Positions 12,251-33,669 of a DNA stretch of 64,000 nucleotides are shown here, one piece after another (position 1 is the first letter of the stretch; every line of letters starts with the position of its first letter). The DNA comes from Felis catus (Eukaryota), in NCBI RefSeq assembly GCF_018350175.1, contig NC_058381.1, forward strand, positions 54,994,001-55,058,000, read 5' to 3'. Both the position numbers and the translations under genes were made by a program. The notes beneath the pieces were generated by a model. That model did no database searches. It saw nothing but the letters and a program-made list of their open reading frames with translations, and was not told the DNA's origin.

Positions 12251-15100
12251 TGGACACTTAGATTATTTCCATGTCTTGGCTATTGTAAACAATGCTGCCA
12301 TAAACATGGAGATGCAGATATCTTTTTGAGTTTGTATTTTCATTTCCTTTGGATATATTCCCAAAAGTGGAATTGCTGTATCATGTTGTATTTCTATTTT
12401 TAATGTTTTGAGGATAATCTGTGTTGTTTTTTGTAGTGGCTACACCAATTTATATGTCCATCAACCAGAAGGTTTCCTTTTTCTCTATATCCATTGGCAA
12501 CATTGGTTATATCCTGTCTTTGTTATTTTGGCCACTCTAATAGGCATGAGGTGATATCTCATTGTGATTTTAATTTGCATTTCCGTAATGACTAGTGATG
12601 TTGAGGATCTTTTCATGTCTGTTGACCTTTCATATAGCTTCTTTGGAGAAATGTCTCTTCAGGCCTTTTACCCATTTTTTAATTGGGTTGTTTTTTTGCT
12701 CTTGAACTGTATGAATTCTTTATGTATTTTGGATATTAACCCTTTATCAGGTATATGGTTTACAAATATATTTTTCCCATTCCATAGGTTCTTTCTCACT
12801 TTGTTGATAGTTTCCCATCAGTTGTGCAGAAACTCTTTAGTTCGACATAGTCCCACTTGCTTCCTTTTTATTTTGTTGCTTGTGCTTTAGGTGTCATATC
12901 CAAAACATCATTACCAAAACCCATGTGAAGGAGCTTTATTCCCATGCTTTCTTCTAGGAGCNNNNNNNNNNNNNNNNNNNNNNNNNNNNNNNNNNNNNNN
13001 NNNNNNNNNNNNNNNNNNNNNNNNNNNNNNNNNNNNNNNNNNNNNNNNNNNNNNNNNNNNNNNNNNNNNNNNNNNNNNNNNNNNNNNNNNNNNNNNNNNN
13101 NNNNNNNNNNNTTGCATATTCTTGGTTCCCTTGTCAAACATTANNNNNNNNNNNNNNNNNNNNNNNNNNNNNNNNNNNNNNNNNNNNNNNNNNNNNNNNN
13201 NNNNNNNNNNNNNNNNNNNNNNNNNNNNNNNNNNNNNNNNNNNNNNNNNNNNNNNNNNNNNNNNNNNNNNNNNNNNNNNNNNNNNNNNNNNNNNNNNNNN
13301 NNNNNNNNNNNNNNNNNNNNNNNNNNNNNNNNNNNNNNNNNNNNTAAGTTTTAGGAGGTTTTTTTTCCCTACTACTGTAAAAAATGCCATTAGAATCTTG
13401 ATAGGGATTGCCTTGAATCTATAGACGGCTGGTTCTTGGCAAGGTGAATGATTTCTGTTAGATCCTGAACATTTTTGATATTATATTATGAGTCTCTTGA
13501 CCCTATTTAATCTCTCTTCTTATCTTCTTATCTTATTTCTAGTTTTTAAACAAAGGAAAAATGTGGAGGGCCTTTATATGGCTATAGTGATTAGGACAAT
13601 ATGGTAATGAACACAGATAAGTAAGTAGCCCAATTAAACAGAATAGAGCACCCATAACCAGACCTGTTTTTACCTGGACACCTGATATAACTCAGGTAAA
13701 TGGGGGAAGAAGGAAAACTGATAAATATGTTGGAATATGTGGTTATCCATATGGAGAAAAAGGAAAATGCTTCCAACTTCAAATCACAGAAGAAAAAAAA
13801 ACCCGATCCCAGTTGGATCAAGGACTTAAAATGTGAACTGCAAAAATTTTAGACTGTTAAGAAAAAATATAAGAGGTTATTTTTATAACTTTGGGATAAG
13901 AAACGTTTCTAAATTATGGTACCAAAAGCACAAACCATAATAATTTTGATGAATTCAAATACACTAAAATTCAGAACTATATTTATGAAAAGACTCTCGA
14001 ATGAAAAGACAAGCCACAAATTATGTGAGCACATATGAAAAATGTATAATTGATAAAATTTTACCAAACAAGAGTATGATTCCAGCAAGTCCTATAATCC
14101 AGTAAGGAAAAGAGAGCTAACGTAAGAACGGTAGGCAAAACTTGAACAGAAGGGGAAATGCAATAGAAAGTGAAAAGGTTCTCAACATGATGGCAGCCAG
14201 AGAAACTTAAATTAAAACCACAAGAAGGTTGGGCATGGCAGCCTCCTCCCTGACTTCTTCTTGCCCACAAAGAATGTGCCTGGAACACATCCTCACCGGG
14301 AGATAGGATCCCACACGGACTGTGCTGGGTTTATTGGCTTTTGCGGGAATCCCTTTCAGGTTCACTGAATGCTACTTTGTTCTGCTTGAGTGCTAGAGTC
14401 AGTGACCCTCAGGAGCACCCCAGTTTCCTATATTTCAGACCTCACTGGGAAGGAGTCTGGATTCTTGTGCAAGACAACTGGGGTGCATGCGACCACACTG
14501 CCCATGCTGGCTGTAGAGTGGACGCACCAGCCGTAGGAACAGATGCACAGCCTGGCTCCCTCTCTCTCTCCTTGTGCTGTAAGTAAACCCTGCTCCCCTT
14601 GAGCCTGGTGTGCCTGTTGTCTGTTCCCAGTGACCTCGAATCTTGCACTGACCTCTTTCCTGGGTCACGCTTACCTGCCTTTTGACCTTGGCTGCACAGT
14701 CTGGCCATCCCGTAAATTGTGAAATGAAAACTATTTCAAAATGGCAAAACCCCAAAACTAAAAGGTCTGACCAACCAAGTAGTCACACAGAGGCAGAGCA
14801 ATGGGGGTTCTCAGCCATTGCTGATGGGAGCATTAACTGGGGCAGTTAATGGGGTTGGAAAAATCATTTGGCATTATCTAGTGTGGTTGAGCATGCACAA
14901 ACCCTAAAACCCAGCAATTCCATCCCTAGGCATCTACCTTAGTGAACTTATTTCACGTATATATTAGGTGACCTGTATAAAAATGTTCACAGTGGCACTG
15001 GCTGTGGAAAAGCCCCAAATGGGCAACAACCCAAAGCCATCAACAGAAAAATGGATAAATAAGATGTAATATATCTTATCTTCTTCTCTAATCTGAAGGG

Positions 15101-15269
15101 CTATATGTCTGGGCAGCATATCAAAAGGCATGAAGGACTGAAGCATCCCTTAGTTGGGGTCCCCACAAAGGGGGAGGATACCCTGAGGACAGCACTGAGC
15201 ACGGTCAGGAGTGGAGGCACTTGCAGAAAGACCAGGAACTCCAGAAAGTGGACACTGCTAAACAGGGGC
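15101..15269 (-). pseudogene. Orphan or duplicated CD300 TM exon (possible alternative last exon)
   Basis: Intact phase-2 acceptor gtcaccatgttccccgcag|G, homologous to the intron end at 16627. Encodes PLFSSVHFLEFLVFLQVPPLLTVLSAVLRVSSP...PDI*. Confidence 0.75.
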
Positions 15270-16364
15270 CTGCGGGGAACATGGTGACAGACGGTGAGCT
15301 GCCTCCTCAAGACGAGGCCCCAGGTCTCTCCTTTCTGCCCCCCCAAGTCTCTCTGATCAAAGATCCCTTGGACCTAATAACCCACATTTGGGCTAGACTT
15401 GGATATCTGGATATACTCACCCCTAGCCTCTCAGCTCAACAGCTGACTTTGGGGGTTAGGTGGGTGATACTGAGAGGAGATAGAGGGTTGCCCCGGGGCA
15501 GGACCTGGCTTTCAGAAAGAGCTTCTTTACCCTAAGCCCCACCCCTTCTCCTGCCATCAACACTCCCAGGAACCCAGCTCAGATTGGGGTTGTTTTTGGT
15601 GATTTCTCAGAGGCCAGAGATCATTTAGGAACCAATCCTCAAGTGAATGCCTTGGCATCTTCACATCTGATCCTGGAGCCTCCTCTGCTGAAATCCTTCA
15701 GTGGCTCCCCATCTCTCAGAAGATGCAGCCCACCCCCCCCCCCAAAGCTTGCCCTGACTCCCCAGCTTCCTGCCCCACTGGCCTCAGTCACAGTGCTCAC
15801 CTGCCCTGAGCTTTGCTTTTGCTCAGCCCTTCCACTTTCCCTCCCTCACCTGCCTAAGGCTCTTACCCAAGAGGCTGTCCCTGTCCCCTGTCACCCCATC
15901 CTCTGAACTCTTACCCTTTCTTCTCCATGACACTTATTACAAACCAGTATTATTTATTTCTTTATTTTCTGAAACCAACTGTTAGAACACAAAGCTCGTG
16001 TTTTGTTGATTGCTCTATCCCCATAATCTAGAAATAAGTCTTCGCTATATAGGCTCTTGGTGAATATTTGGTGAGCGAGTGAAGAAAGGAAGGAATGTTG
16101 AGTTGAGAGGCTGCCTTGAGGGTTCTCAGCAGGGCGAGGTCACCCAAAAGCGGGCCCTCACTTTGGGATCCCTTGACCAACTAGTGTGTGCCTGGCACCA
16201 ATTTCTGCTGGCAAGTTAGGGGTCCTGTGGAATGTTTCCCGCGTGCTGCCCAGCCAACCACCAGGCACATCTACATTATACACACATTTTTGTATGTGTG
16301 ATATATTTCATTACATGTTTTCAAGGTTTTTTGTTTTGTTTTGTTTTGTTTCGTTTTGCTTTGC

Positions 16365-25017
<8,653 letters not shown>

Positions 25018-25443
25018 GGCCCCGTCCCTCTGGGTGACTCTCTTGCTGCAGCTGGAACCCCTCACCCAGGGGCCGCTCACCCTGTCCCCCCTCTTCTGCA
25101 TTTCTTGGCATTTCTCTGCTTCCTTCTTCAGCCTCTTGGTTCTGTTCTCAGGACTGGTCAGAAAATGGGGGAAGCGAGGGGCTCAGGGCATCACGTGACC
25201 AGTCGATTACTTGCTGAAGTTTTCCTCAGAAACATTTGAATGCACAGTTCTGCTTTCTGCTTCCTGTGAGGATAACACCCTTACCGTGACTCCACCACAG
25301 CCAACACACTCGCCTGCCACAGCAGGGAAGGGCCCAGCTGACTTCCTTCTAGATTTTCCGAGCAAGCCCTTCCCTCTACGAATAGCAAATGTCCTGTGGC
25401 TGGCGTGGCTGGCGGGTACAGGCATGATGAAGCCTCCTCTGGA

Positions 25444-25600
25444 CAAGACCAGCCGTTTGCAGGGCCCAGTGCAAAATGAAAACACCTTTGTCCTAGAATC
25501 ACCAACCATTTCGAGCCGGCAGGACAACAGAGCATTAAATCAAGCCCTTCTCAGCGGGGCACGGTGTGACCACAGAGGGGCCCCCCGTGAAGCTGGCCTC
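25444..25600 (-). mobile_element. MER45A-like (hAT-Tip100)
   Basis: Reverse complement contains tttaatgctctg...ttttcattttgcactgggccctgcaaa. Confidence 0.7.
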
Positions 25601-26099
25601 GTCTCCTGCTCTTGGTGGAGCGGGAGTGTGAGGCTGGGGCCACCTTTGGTGTGGGCTCTCCTCTTGTCAGTCCCCAACTCTTGGTCTGGCCTCACCAGAC
25701 CCCAGAGGCCTTGAATGGGCTCCTGCCTTGATCACATGCTCCCGACCAGCCCCCTTTGCTCAGGCACTGAGCCGTCCTCAAGCCTCCCCTTTAACCTGGT
25801 TAAATGAGCCGCCAAGCTTCCCACGGACAGAAAAGTTTTCAGTATCTCAAACGGCAACACGGGTGCACCTGGCCGGCATTATGCCCCATGACAGGAAACA
25901 GCCAGGGAGGACTTAGCAAGGCAGATGCCGATTTGGAATGTCTTATCCACGAACCCAGACTCACGTAAATGGAAAAGTCTAAAATTCCGGGATCCTATTG
26001 TCAAGCATCTCTTAACTGGCTGTTTCAGTAAATAAAGAAACAGCCTGCTGGTTCGTTTCTTGCTGCAGAGGGAGATCTCATGTATTCCGAGGTTTTGTG

Positions 26100-26120
26100 C
26101 GTGTGCGTGCACGGATGCGT

Positions 26121-26154
<34 letters not shown>

Positions 26155-26155
26155 G
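26100..26155. repeat. (TG)n microsatellite
   Basis: Direct reading. Confidence 0.9.
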
Positions 26156-27717
26156 GGCGCGCACCTCCCCCTCCCGACGTGTTCAACGACGACACAGAAC
26201 AGACAGAGCTAGGGAGGGAGGAGTTTGCCAGAAGCAGAAGAATTTTCAATTTGTGAACTTCCATTTACTTGGGCTCCGCGGCTCCCGCTCAGACCCTTGG
26301 GGGTGGGGGTGGGGTGGCTACGCGACCTCCTGTGTCCTTTCCTTTGCCAGGAGGGCAAAACTCTCCTCCCGGAGAGAAGAACATGGTTGTTGTCATTGCA
26401 TGCCTCCTGTCCTTCGTCACCTCGATGGGGGGGGGGGGGGGTCAACCAAAAGCCACCCTGACTTTGGACACACCATAAAAAGACCATTCCTTTCCTCACT
26501 AGTCCTTGTGACATTTTGTCTGCAAGTTTTCATTTTCTTTCCAACGTGCCCTTAAAGAAAATTGTTCCTCCTCAGGTGGGATTTGTGAAATGCCCTGGAA
26601 AGTTCCATGTTGCTATTTATTCGCTGTGCAACCTTAGGCGAGCCACATGATCGCTCTCAGCCCAGGATTCAAACTCACCCCCTCCTTCCCAGCTCACACA
26701 GCCTGCATGCAGCTGGCAGCAGGGAGGCATGTGTGTGCAAATGTGTGCATCTCTCTTTTGGCCTCCGGAAGTGGCTCTGTCTGCAATTGGTCTGGGCCAT
26801 TCAGACAGGCTGCTTAGGGACAGGCCTGTCCTTTCTGTGACTGTCATCTGCCTGTGAGAGGCCAGTCTTCCTCCACTGCCCTCTTGACGCCAGTGGCCCT
26901 TTAAGGGCAGAGCCTCGGAGCCGCTCACGGCTCTGGGAACTAAGGGAAGAGTCGCCTGCTCTTTAGTCTCCCTGCAAGAGCCCCGGTGGGGCGAGGCAGA
27001 CTCAGGGGGCACTGCTTACCACTTCTCCCTTGGGAGGCAGTGCCTGAGTCTGTGAAGGGGACAGTTCAGAGCTACAGGCTTTCCCAGAAAGGCACACTTG
27101 GTATCCTCATCCTGGACAAGCTACCTGCTGTGCACAGGACTGTATCAGTTAGCTTTTTCTAGGTGATGCTGCTGTAACAAAACTCCCAAATCTCAGAATG
27201 CTGGAGCCATGAAGACCATTCTCTCACTCATCTTACATGTCCGCAGAGGGCCCCATTTGCTTGGGGACCCAGCCTGAAGGAGCAGCCCTTGTCTGTGACA
27301 GGAAGTGGGAAGCAATAGAGTGTCTCCTAGAGGAGCCACTCAGAGAGGTACATGCCTCTTAGGCTCCTCCTTCATGGACCACAGCACGTCACATGGCCAT
27401 GCCTGATGTCAACGGGACGGAGTCGCATAATCCTGTCCGGGGAGAGGAGGCAGGAATAGCAAACCTACTACCAGAGGCTTCTATGAGCTGACAGTTCATC
27501 CCTGGCACACAGGCTTCATGGCTCCCTGCTGGTCTCAGGTCAAAGCAGGAAGAGGCTGCAGGGTGCACTCAGCCACCCTGTGTGTTTCTTTCTTCAGCTA
27601 CGGACAGGACACTTGGCCATATGCAAAGGACACGGCAGTGCACAGGAACTGGCTTTCACCCAGAAGCCCAGCGGACCCTCCAGAAAGCCTTGGTGACAGC
27701 ACCAAGGAGGGACTTGC

Positions 27718-28011
27718 CAGGGAGAATCGACACTCTGACAGTAGAAGCCCCATTTTAACCTCACACATTCAATGCCTGCATCGTCCTCATGGTAACTGTG
27801 AAGGTTGGGTCCCAAAGATGGTCGTAGATGGACACTTGGTCTCTGGCTGCCACCGCCTCTGGCCCCAAAGTCTTCACAATCTTCCTTGGCCGATGACACG
27901 GTTCTTGGCATCAGTATTGGTTAAAATGTGTTGGATTCCTCGTCATGCCTACAGGGCACACTTAGAGATTCTCCCACCATGGTGCCCATCACGTGCTTAT
28001 GGGCCAGCCAT
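27718..28011 (-). pseudogene. Decayed CD300(H-like) IgV exon
   Basis: Reads VMGTMVGESLSVPC...NQY*CQEPC...KIVKT...DQVSIYDH..PTFTVTM...EDDAG. It has a W-to-stop change, frameshifts and internal deletions; the acceptor cttcttcag is intact and the donor is gcaagt. Confidence 0.85.
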
Positions 28012-28404
28012 CTGAAGAAGGAGAAAGACTAGGTCCCAGCTCCCCACAGAGGCAGGTCTGGGGTGACAGCAGGGGTGCAGGTCCCCTCAAAGCCCCTGAA
28101 GAGCCATTCCCCTGTGGCTGGAGGAAGCGGCAGTTGGAAAGACAAGGGTCACTCAGGGCTGGGGTCAGGACACAAGAGTCAGGAGCAGGCCTGTCATGTT
28201 TGAGGAATCACATGGAGGCATGTGAAGCTGCTGAGGAGCATATGGAGGTCAGAGAACTGGAAGGCCAGTTAGTCTGCAAATGTTCAGTGTATCGATGGTG
28301 ACAGGCACTCAGTTAAGAACAGTGGGCAGAACAGTGGGCAGGTGGAGGCATGGTTAGATTCTGGACATTGATATTTTGAAGAAAGAGCAGCAGGATAGCT
28401 TAAA

Positions 28405-28625
28405 ACTTTTCTGATGTTTATTTACATTTTGAGAGAGAGAGAGAGAGAGAGAGACAGGGTGAGAGCAGGGGAGGGGCAGAGAGAGAAGGAGACACAGACC
28501 CGAAGCAGGCTCCGGGCTCCCAGCTGTCAGCACACAGACCAACGCGGGGCTCAAACTCAGGCAACATGAGATCATGACCTGAGCCAAAGTCAGATGCCCA
28601 ACCAACTGAGCCATCCAGGCATCCC
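28405..28625 (-). mobile_element. CAN-SINE (shared with copy B at 52445-52692)
   Basis: SINE consensus with the same flanks in both copies. Confidence 0.88.
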
Positions 28626-30394
28626 AGAGCAGCAAGATATCTTAACAGATTAGATATGAGCAAGAGAGGAATCAGGGGCCACTCCTAAGTTGAAGGCTGA
28701 GCACCTGGGGGTTTGGGAATGCAATGAACCAAAATGGGCAAAGCTGGGCTTGCAGGAAGAACAGATTCTGGTTTGGAATTGAAGGTGTCTGTTAGTCACC
28801 TGCCATGGACTGCGTGTCTGTGTCCTCCCCCAAATTCATATGTCGAAGCCCTAATCAGGGGTAATGCCAAGGACCCACTCACTGAGAAGTCTTTCCAAGT
28901 GTCTAGAATAACAGTGGAGGAGATTTTGGGGGTCCTTACCTGCATTCCACAGATCAGAGAGTGCTGAGATGAAAAGCTGAGCCTAGCATGGTGTCTGACC
29001 CCGCCTCCACACCCATGTCCGCCCCCACCCCCACCACTCTGCCCCAGCCTCGCCCCATGTGGGATTTGATGTCCTACACCCAGCCACCACCCATGGAGAT
29101 GCTCTTCTCACCCCTTTTGGGTTCTGCCACCCCATCCTGGGCTGACCCTCGGTGGGGAGGGCTTCCTCAGCCGGCTTGGACCCTGACACCCATGCCGAGA
29201 TGCCTCTCACTTGGATGCCCTCCGCAATTGCCTGGACTCCCAGCCCCCACAATACCATCTGATTTTGAACAACACATTAAAACTATCTCTGGACTCTGTG
29301 CCCTAAAAGACGAAGACTTCTGCATCTCACCCATGGCCCACTGTCCTCTTCCCAGTGCTGATTTTCTTAGAATGGTGTTCTTTGCATCTATGGCACTTAT
29401 ACTCTCTTCTGTAATCGTTCCCACCATTGCTTAGGGGTTTTGTGCTTAGGGTAAAACACTCATTGCTGACCACAGCTTCTCTTTTTTCACTATTTAACTT
29501 CACCCTTTGTTGGCAGACTTTGATCATGATGTATATTTTCTATTTTGAAAGGGCTCATGGGTGCTGTATTTCATAAGGTCTTGCATTCACGAGACAGTTG
29601 TCAGAGCATTCGGGAATATTCTGTCATTTGCTCAGAACATATAGATTCTCCTTCACTGTGTGTTGGGATGCAGTGTTGTTATGAAGCAAGAGTATTTCTG
29701 TCACACACCATGTGATCCTTCTGGTACGACCTTCTGATGTGATCATCGTTTCTGATACCAGCCCAGATGATTCTGTTTTATCCACAAGGTTCGGTAACTT
29801 CGTACCATTCTGGGTGTGGATCATCTGTATCAGTTCCTTTCCTGGGTCCCCAGCTGGGCTTTCAATGACAGCCTGAAAGATCTCTTTTGTTTCCACATAG
29901 TTTTTAATTCAATTCAATTATGTTTACTTTGGGCTTCTCTTTTCTCCTCCAAGGGAATAGTCGATGTACATTTGTGGCATCACCTCTCTGTCTCCTGTAC
30001 CTATGTCTGCCTCTCCACACGTTATACTGTGTTCACGTAAATGTCGCTTCAGGAAATATCCACAAGGCACCACGTCTGTGTGTTTTCAGGTACGATTGTC
30101 TTTGGGTTTTGTGGTTCTTTCCCTGATTCTTTCTTTCCAGCCACATTGGCTCCTTCTCTTCCGCTCCTTCTCTTTCCCGGGGTCAGCCTGCTGACTCTCC
30201 ATCGCCCTATCTTGTACTTCACTCTCTTTACTTTTCTAGAATCCTCCTGTTGTCTATCACTTCCTTGAGACTGAGTAGAACTATTTATGTGCCGATTTTT
30301 CTATGTTTCTTTGGACATATCCTTTCATGAAGTCTGTTCTTTAGTTTGCTTTGTCTTTATATTCTTTTTTTCACTTATAAGCTTTTTTTTAATT

Positions 30395-31400
30395 AAAACA
30401 TTTTTTAATGTTTATTTTTGAGACAGAGAGGGGTACAGAGTGCAAACGGGGAGGGGCAGAGAGAGAGGGAGACACAGAATCTGAAGCAGGCTCCAGGCTC
30501 CAAGCTGTCAGCACAGAGCCTGATGTGGGACTTGAGCTCACGAACCACGAGATTATGACTTGAGCCACTCAGGCACCCCTCACTTATAAGCTTTTGAAGG
30601 TGCTTTTCCCCTTTTGAATAAAAGTTGGTATTTGCCAAAGTCTAGTGTGGGGAGGGAGGTGGCTGGGAGAGTCTTCAAGCTGGAGCAGGTGATGGCCTGG
30701 AACCTTCCCCTTGTGCTGAGGGCAGGTGTCCTGTTGGTTCTCAGCTCACCCAGCATCACCTACCCAGTGGCTGTCTGCTTGGCTGCCTAGAACCACTCCT
30801 TCTCCCCTGTCTCATTCACCCCCACCCCCCACATCATTCTCCACTGCCTGGGGGCCCAGGTCATGTGCAATCAATATGCCAAGTCTGCCAATCAGAGCGT
30901 AAAGATAAAAAATTGACAACACCCAATGTTGGGGGTGGGGGATGGCCGTTTATTGTCACATTCAGACAAGGGTAGAAATGTTCCCAGCCTCTTTGTAATA
31001 TCCACCAAAATTGGGAAAATGTACAAACCACTAACACAGCTATTTTTTATAGGAATGGCCCTGTAGGTATATTCATAAATATGCATCAAGCCACATATGC
31101 AAGGAGATTTGCTACACAATTGAATGTAGTTGCAAAGTACCCAAAACAACTGAAATGCCTGTCATGAGTGAAACAAGTTTTTTCTTTAATTTATTTAATT
31201 TTTATTTTTTGAGAGACAGAGAGAGACAGACAGACAGAGCATGAGTGGGGAGGGGCAGAGAGAGAGACGGAGACACAGAAGCCAAAGCAGGCTCTGAGCC
31301 ATCAGCACAGAGCCCAACGCGGGGCTCAAACTCATAAACCGTGATATCATGATCTAAGCCACAGTCGGATGCTTAATCGACTGAGCCACCCAGGTGCCCC
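30395..31400 (-). mobile_element. Two minus-strand SINEs (30395-30579 with internal deletion; 31180-31400) with old L1 fragments between
   Basis: SINE consensus; TSD tcacttataagctttt for the first. Confidence 0.8.
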
Positions 31401-31619
31401 TGAAGCAATTAAATAAATCATGGTATGTAGCTGTCATGGAATACTATGAAGCCATTGCAAACAAAAATCTATAGATAGTGATACGGAATGGTTTTCAAAA
31501 TACATTCAGTGAAAATAAGCAAGATGTAGAACAATGTGTGTGATTTTTCTTTGAAGGAGGGAAAGAATATATGCACAAATACATTCTTTAGATGCATAGG
31601 ATTTCTCCAAAGGACGTGG

Positions 31620-31645
31620 ACACACACACACACACACACACACGT

Positions 31646-31686
<41 letters not shown>
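31620..31686. repeat. Interrupted (CA)n microsatellite
   Basis: Direct reading. Confidence 0.95.
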
Positions 31687-31689
<3 letters not shown>

Positions 31690-31776
31690 ACAGTCCTTGC
31701 CTTCGGTAGGGAAGTAGGGTAGAAGTCAGAACACACTGTTTTATTCTACATTTTGTATACTTTTAAAATTTCCCTT

Positions 31777-32020
31777 ATATGGATCCTGAGAAACTTAACA
31801 AAAGACCATGGGGAAGGGGAAAGGGAAAAAAAAAGAGAAGGAGGGACGCAAACCGTAAGAGACTTAAAAACTGAGGATGCACTGAGGGTTGATGGGGAGT
31901 GGGAGAGAGGGGAAAGTGGGTGATGGGCATTGAGGAGGGCACCTGTTGGGATGAGCACTGGGTGTTGCATGGAAACCAATTTGACAATAAATTTCATATT
32001 AAAAAATAAAATAAAATAAA
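31777..32020 (+). mobile_element. 5'-truncated felid L1 3' end (copy A only)
   Basis: ...ggaaaccaatttgacaataaatttcatattaaaaaataaaat tail; TSD aaaatttc(c/t)ctt; empty site at about 55785. Confidence 0.85.
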
Positions 32021-32134
32021 ATTTCTCTTTCTAAAAATCCACATTAAATATAAAAATTGGCATATCTGCCCAATTTTTCACTAGCTCCCTCTTGCTGAGG
32101 AGATGCCAGTGGTCCATGAGGGAAGAGTACTTCC

Positions 32135-32957
32135 CTGGGTCAATGGTCACTTGGACCCACGGTCCTCTCCAACTCTCCTAATCCTACACCAGCCTGTGTC
32201 TGCATTGACTTGCCTGAGTTCCTCCGTGTGTATTTAGAAGCCAGAGCTGGTTCATTGACTTAAGAAGATGCAGATCACGACCCGCTGCATGAGGAGGCAC
32301 AACCACCCACGTGGGTGGACAGGTGGGTAGCTCCCTCCATAGCCACACTCCCACTTTAGGGACATGAACCACCCAGGGACAGGGACATTTTAATGAAAGG
32401 CGCAGTTTCAATACACCCACACGATGGAAGCAGAGTCACAACATTTATTGTTTACAGATCCAGGGGAGAGCCTGAGGAAGGGCAGTCCCCCATCCTGGAC
32501 CACGAACAAGCAGGAGACTGAGAGCAGGAGACTGAGAGCCCCTGTGACTTACAAGGGGGTCGGGGAAGAGGTCACTGATTTTTCACAGAATCAAATCCAA
32601 GTGGTTAATTGAAAAGGTGCCCCAGAAAAAGCAAAGAAGGAACTTATGGAAGAATTCTAAGCTTGGGTCTTTCTCTGAATTTCCAGATTTCGGGCGTGAA
32701 CAGGGATGCCATTCTGTAAAACGCCTGGGAGCAACTCAGAAACACAACAGGTCATTTTTCTCAAAAATTGTTTTACTCCCCCCATATGGTCATGGAGAAT
32801 GTGTGCATTTTCTGATTGATGGACACATGGTTCTTCTTCAACTCTGATCCATTGGTTTGAACAACGATGGTGCAGCTACTCAAATCAGCATCTTGACACC
32901 AGGACCTCACGTAGGTCTCCCACTCTGGGCCATAGTGACATTGCATGGTCACTTGCA
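32135..32957 (-). pseudogene. Decayed CD300LB/LD/LF-like IgV exon split by a solo LTR and 5'-truncated next to an L1
   Basis: 32957-32785 reads VTMQCHYGPEWETYVRSWCQDADLSSCTIVVQTNGSE...FSMT. 32228-32135 reads EELRQVNADTGWCRIRRVGEDRG..VTIDP. The donor is mutated to ggaagt. Confidence 0.85.
32229..32784 (-). mobile_element. Solo LTR (about 556 bp, probably ERV1 class; family not identified)
   Basis: TG...CA termini, AATAAA on the minus strand near 32445, and a decayed 4-bp TSD (CATA/CACG) inside an Ig exon. Confidence 0.75.
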
Positions 32958-32959
32958 GA

Positions 32960-33632
32960 GGAAAGGAGAAGGAAGGAAATAATGAAGAAAAGAAAAAAAA
33001 TTAATGAAGTAGAAAGGAAATATAAAATAGAGAAGATATGGGGCACGTGGGTGTCTCAGTTGGTTAAGACTCTGACTTCAGTTCAGGTCATGATCTCACA
33101 GTTTGTGAGTTCAAGCCACATGTTAGGCTCTGTGCTGACAGCTCAGAGCCTGGAGCCCGCTTGGAATTCTGTGTTTCCCTCTCTCACTGCCCCTCCCCTG
33201 CTCGTGCTCTGTCTCTCTAGCTCTCTCAAAAATAAATAAACATTAAAAAAATAGAGAAGACCAAAAAAGCCAACATTGTTTTGTAAAAAAACCCAAAACC
33301 CTCGCAAGACGTTGTTGATAAAAGGAGAGGTCTGAATAATTGATGCCAGTCCTAAAAAGGTATATCACACAATACCCTGCACATTTTAAAAAGAAAGATA
33401 AAAATGGGATGTGATAATAAAAAGATATCTAAACAAGTTTATGCCAATAAACTTGTTTCTAGCAAAATAAACAAATTTCTAGCAAAAGTAACGTGATATA
33501 CTAAAATAGGCGCAAATAGAAATAGAAAACCTGAATCATTCTACTATTCAAATGAACCAAATCCTTACTTTTTTTAAGTTTTTACTTATTGATTGATTTT
33601 TGAGATAGAGGGAGAACACAAACAGGGGAGGG

Positions 33633-33669
<37 letters not shown>

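Larger units (their letters stand above)
8815..14230. mobile_element. L1 cluster: old minus-strand ORF2 fragments, a felid L1 3' end (about 10457-11065, minus), further L1 pieces, nested SINEs and assembly gaps
   Basis: AT-rich L1 motifs (gtcatcagcaaatagggacag, tttatccattcatccattgatggacattt) and a degenerate ORF2 peptide ...FIAALSTIAKVW...DEWIKKMWYI at 10766-11044. Confidence 0.88.

Noticed and set aside
10316-13344. Long ORFs containing X runs
   Set aside because: Artefacts of assembly N gaps (also at about 41.7, 56.0 and 59.7 kb).
28734-29434. ORFs of 77-148 aa repeated almost identically at 52801-53501
   Set aside because: The identity is explained by the segmental duplication or conversion. 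There is no recognisable domain or exon structure, and they overlap old repeat-like sequence.
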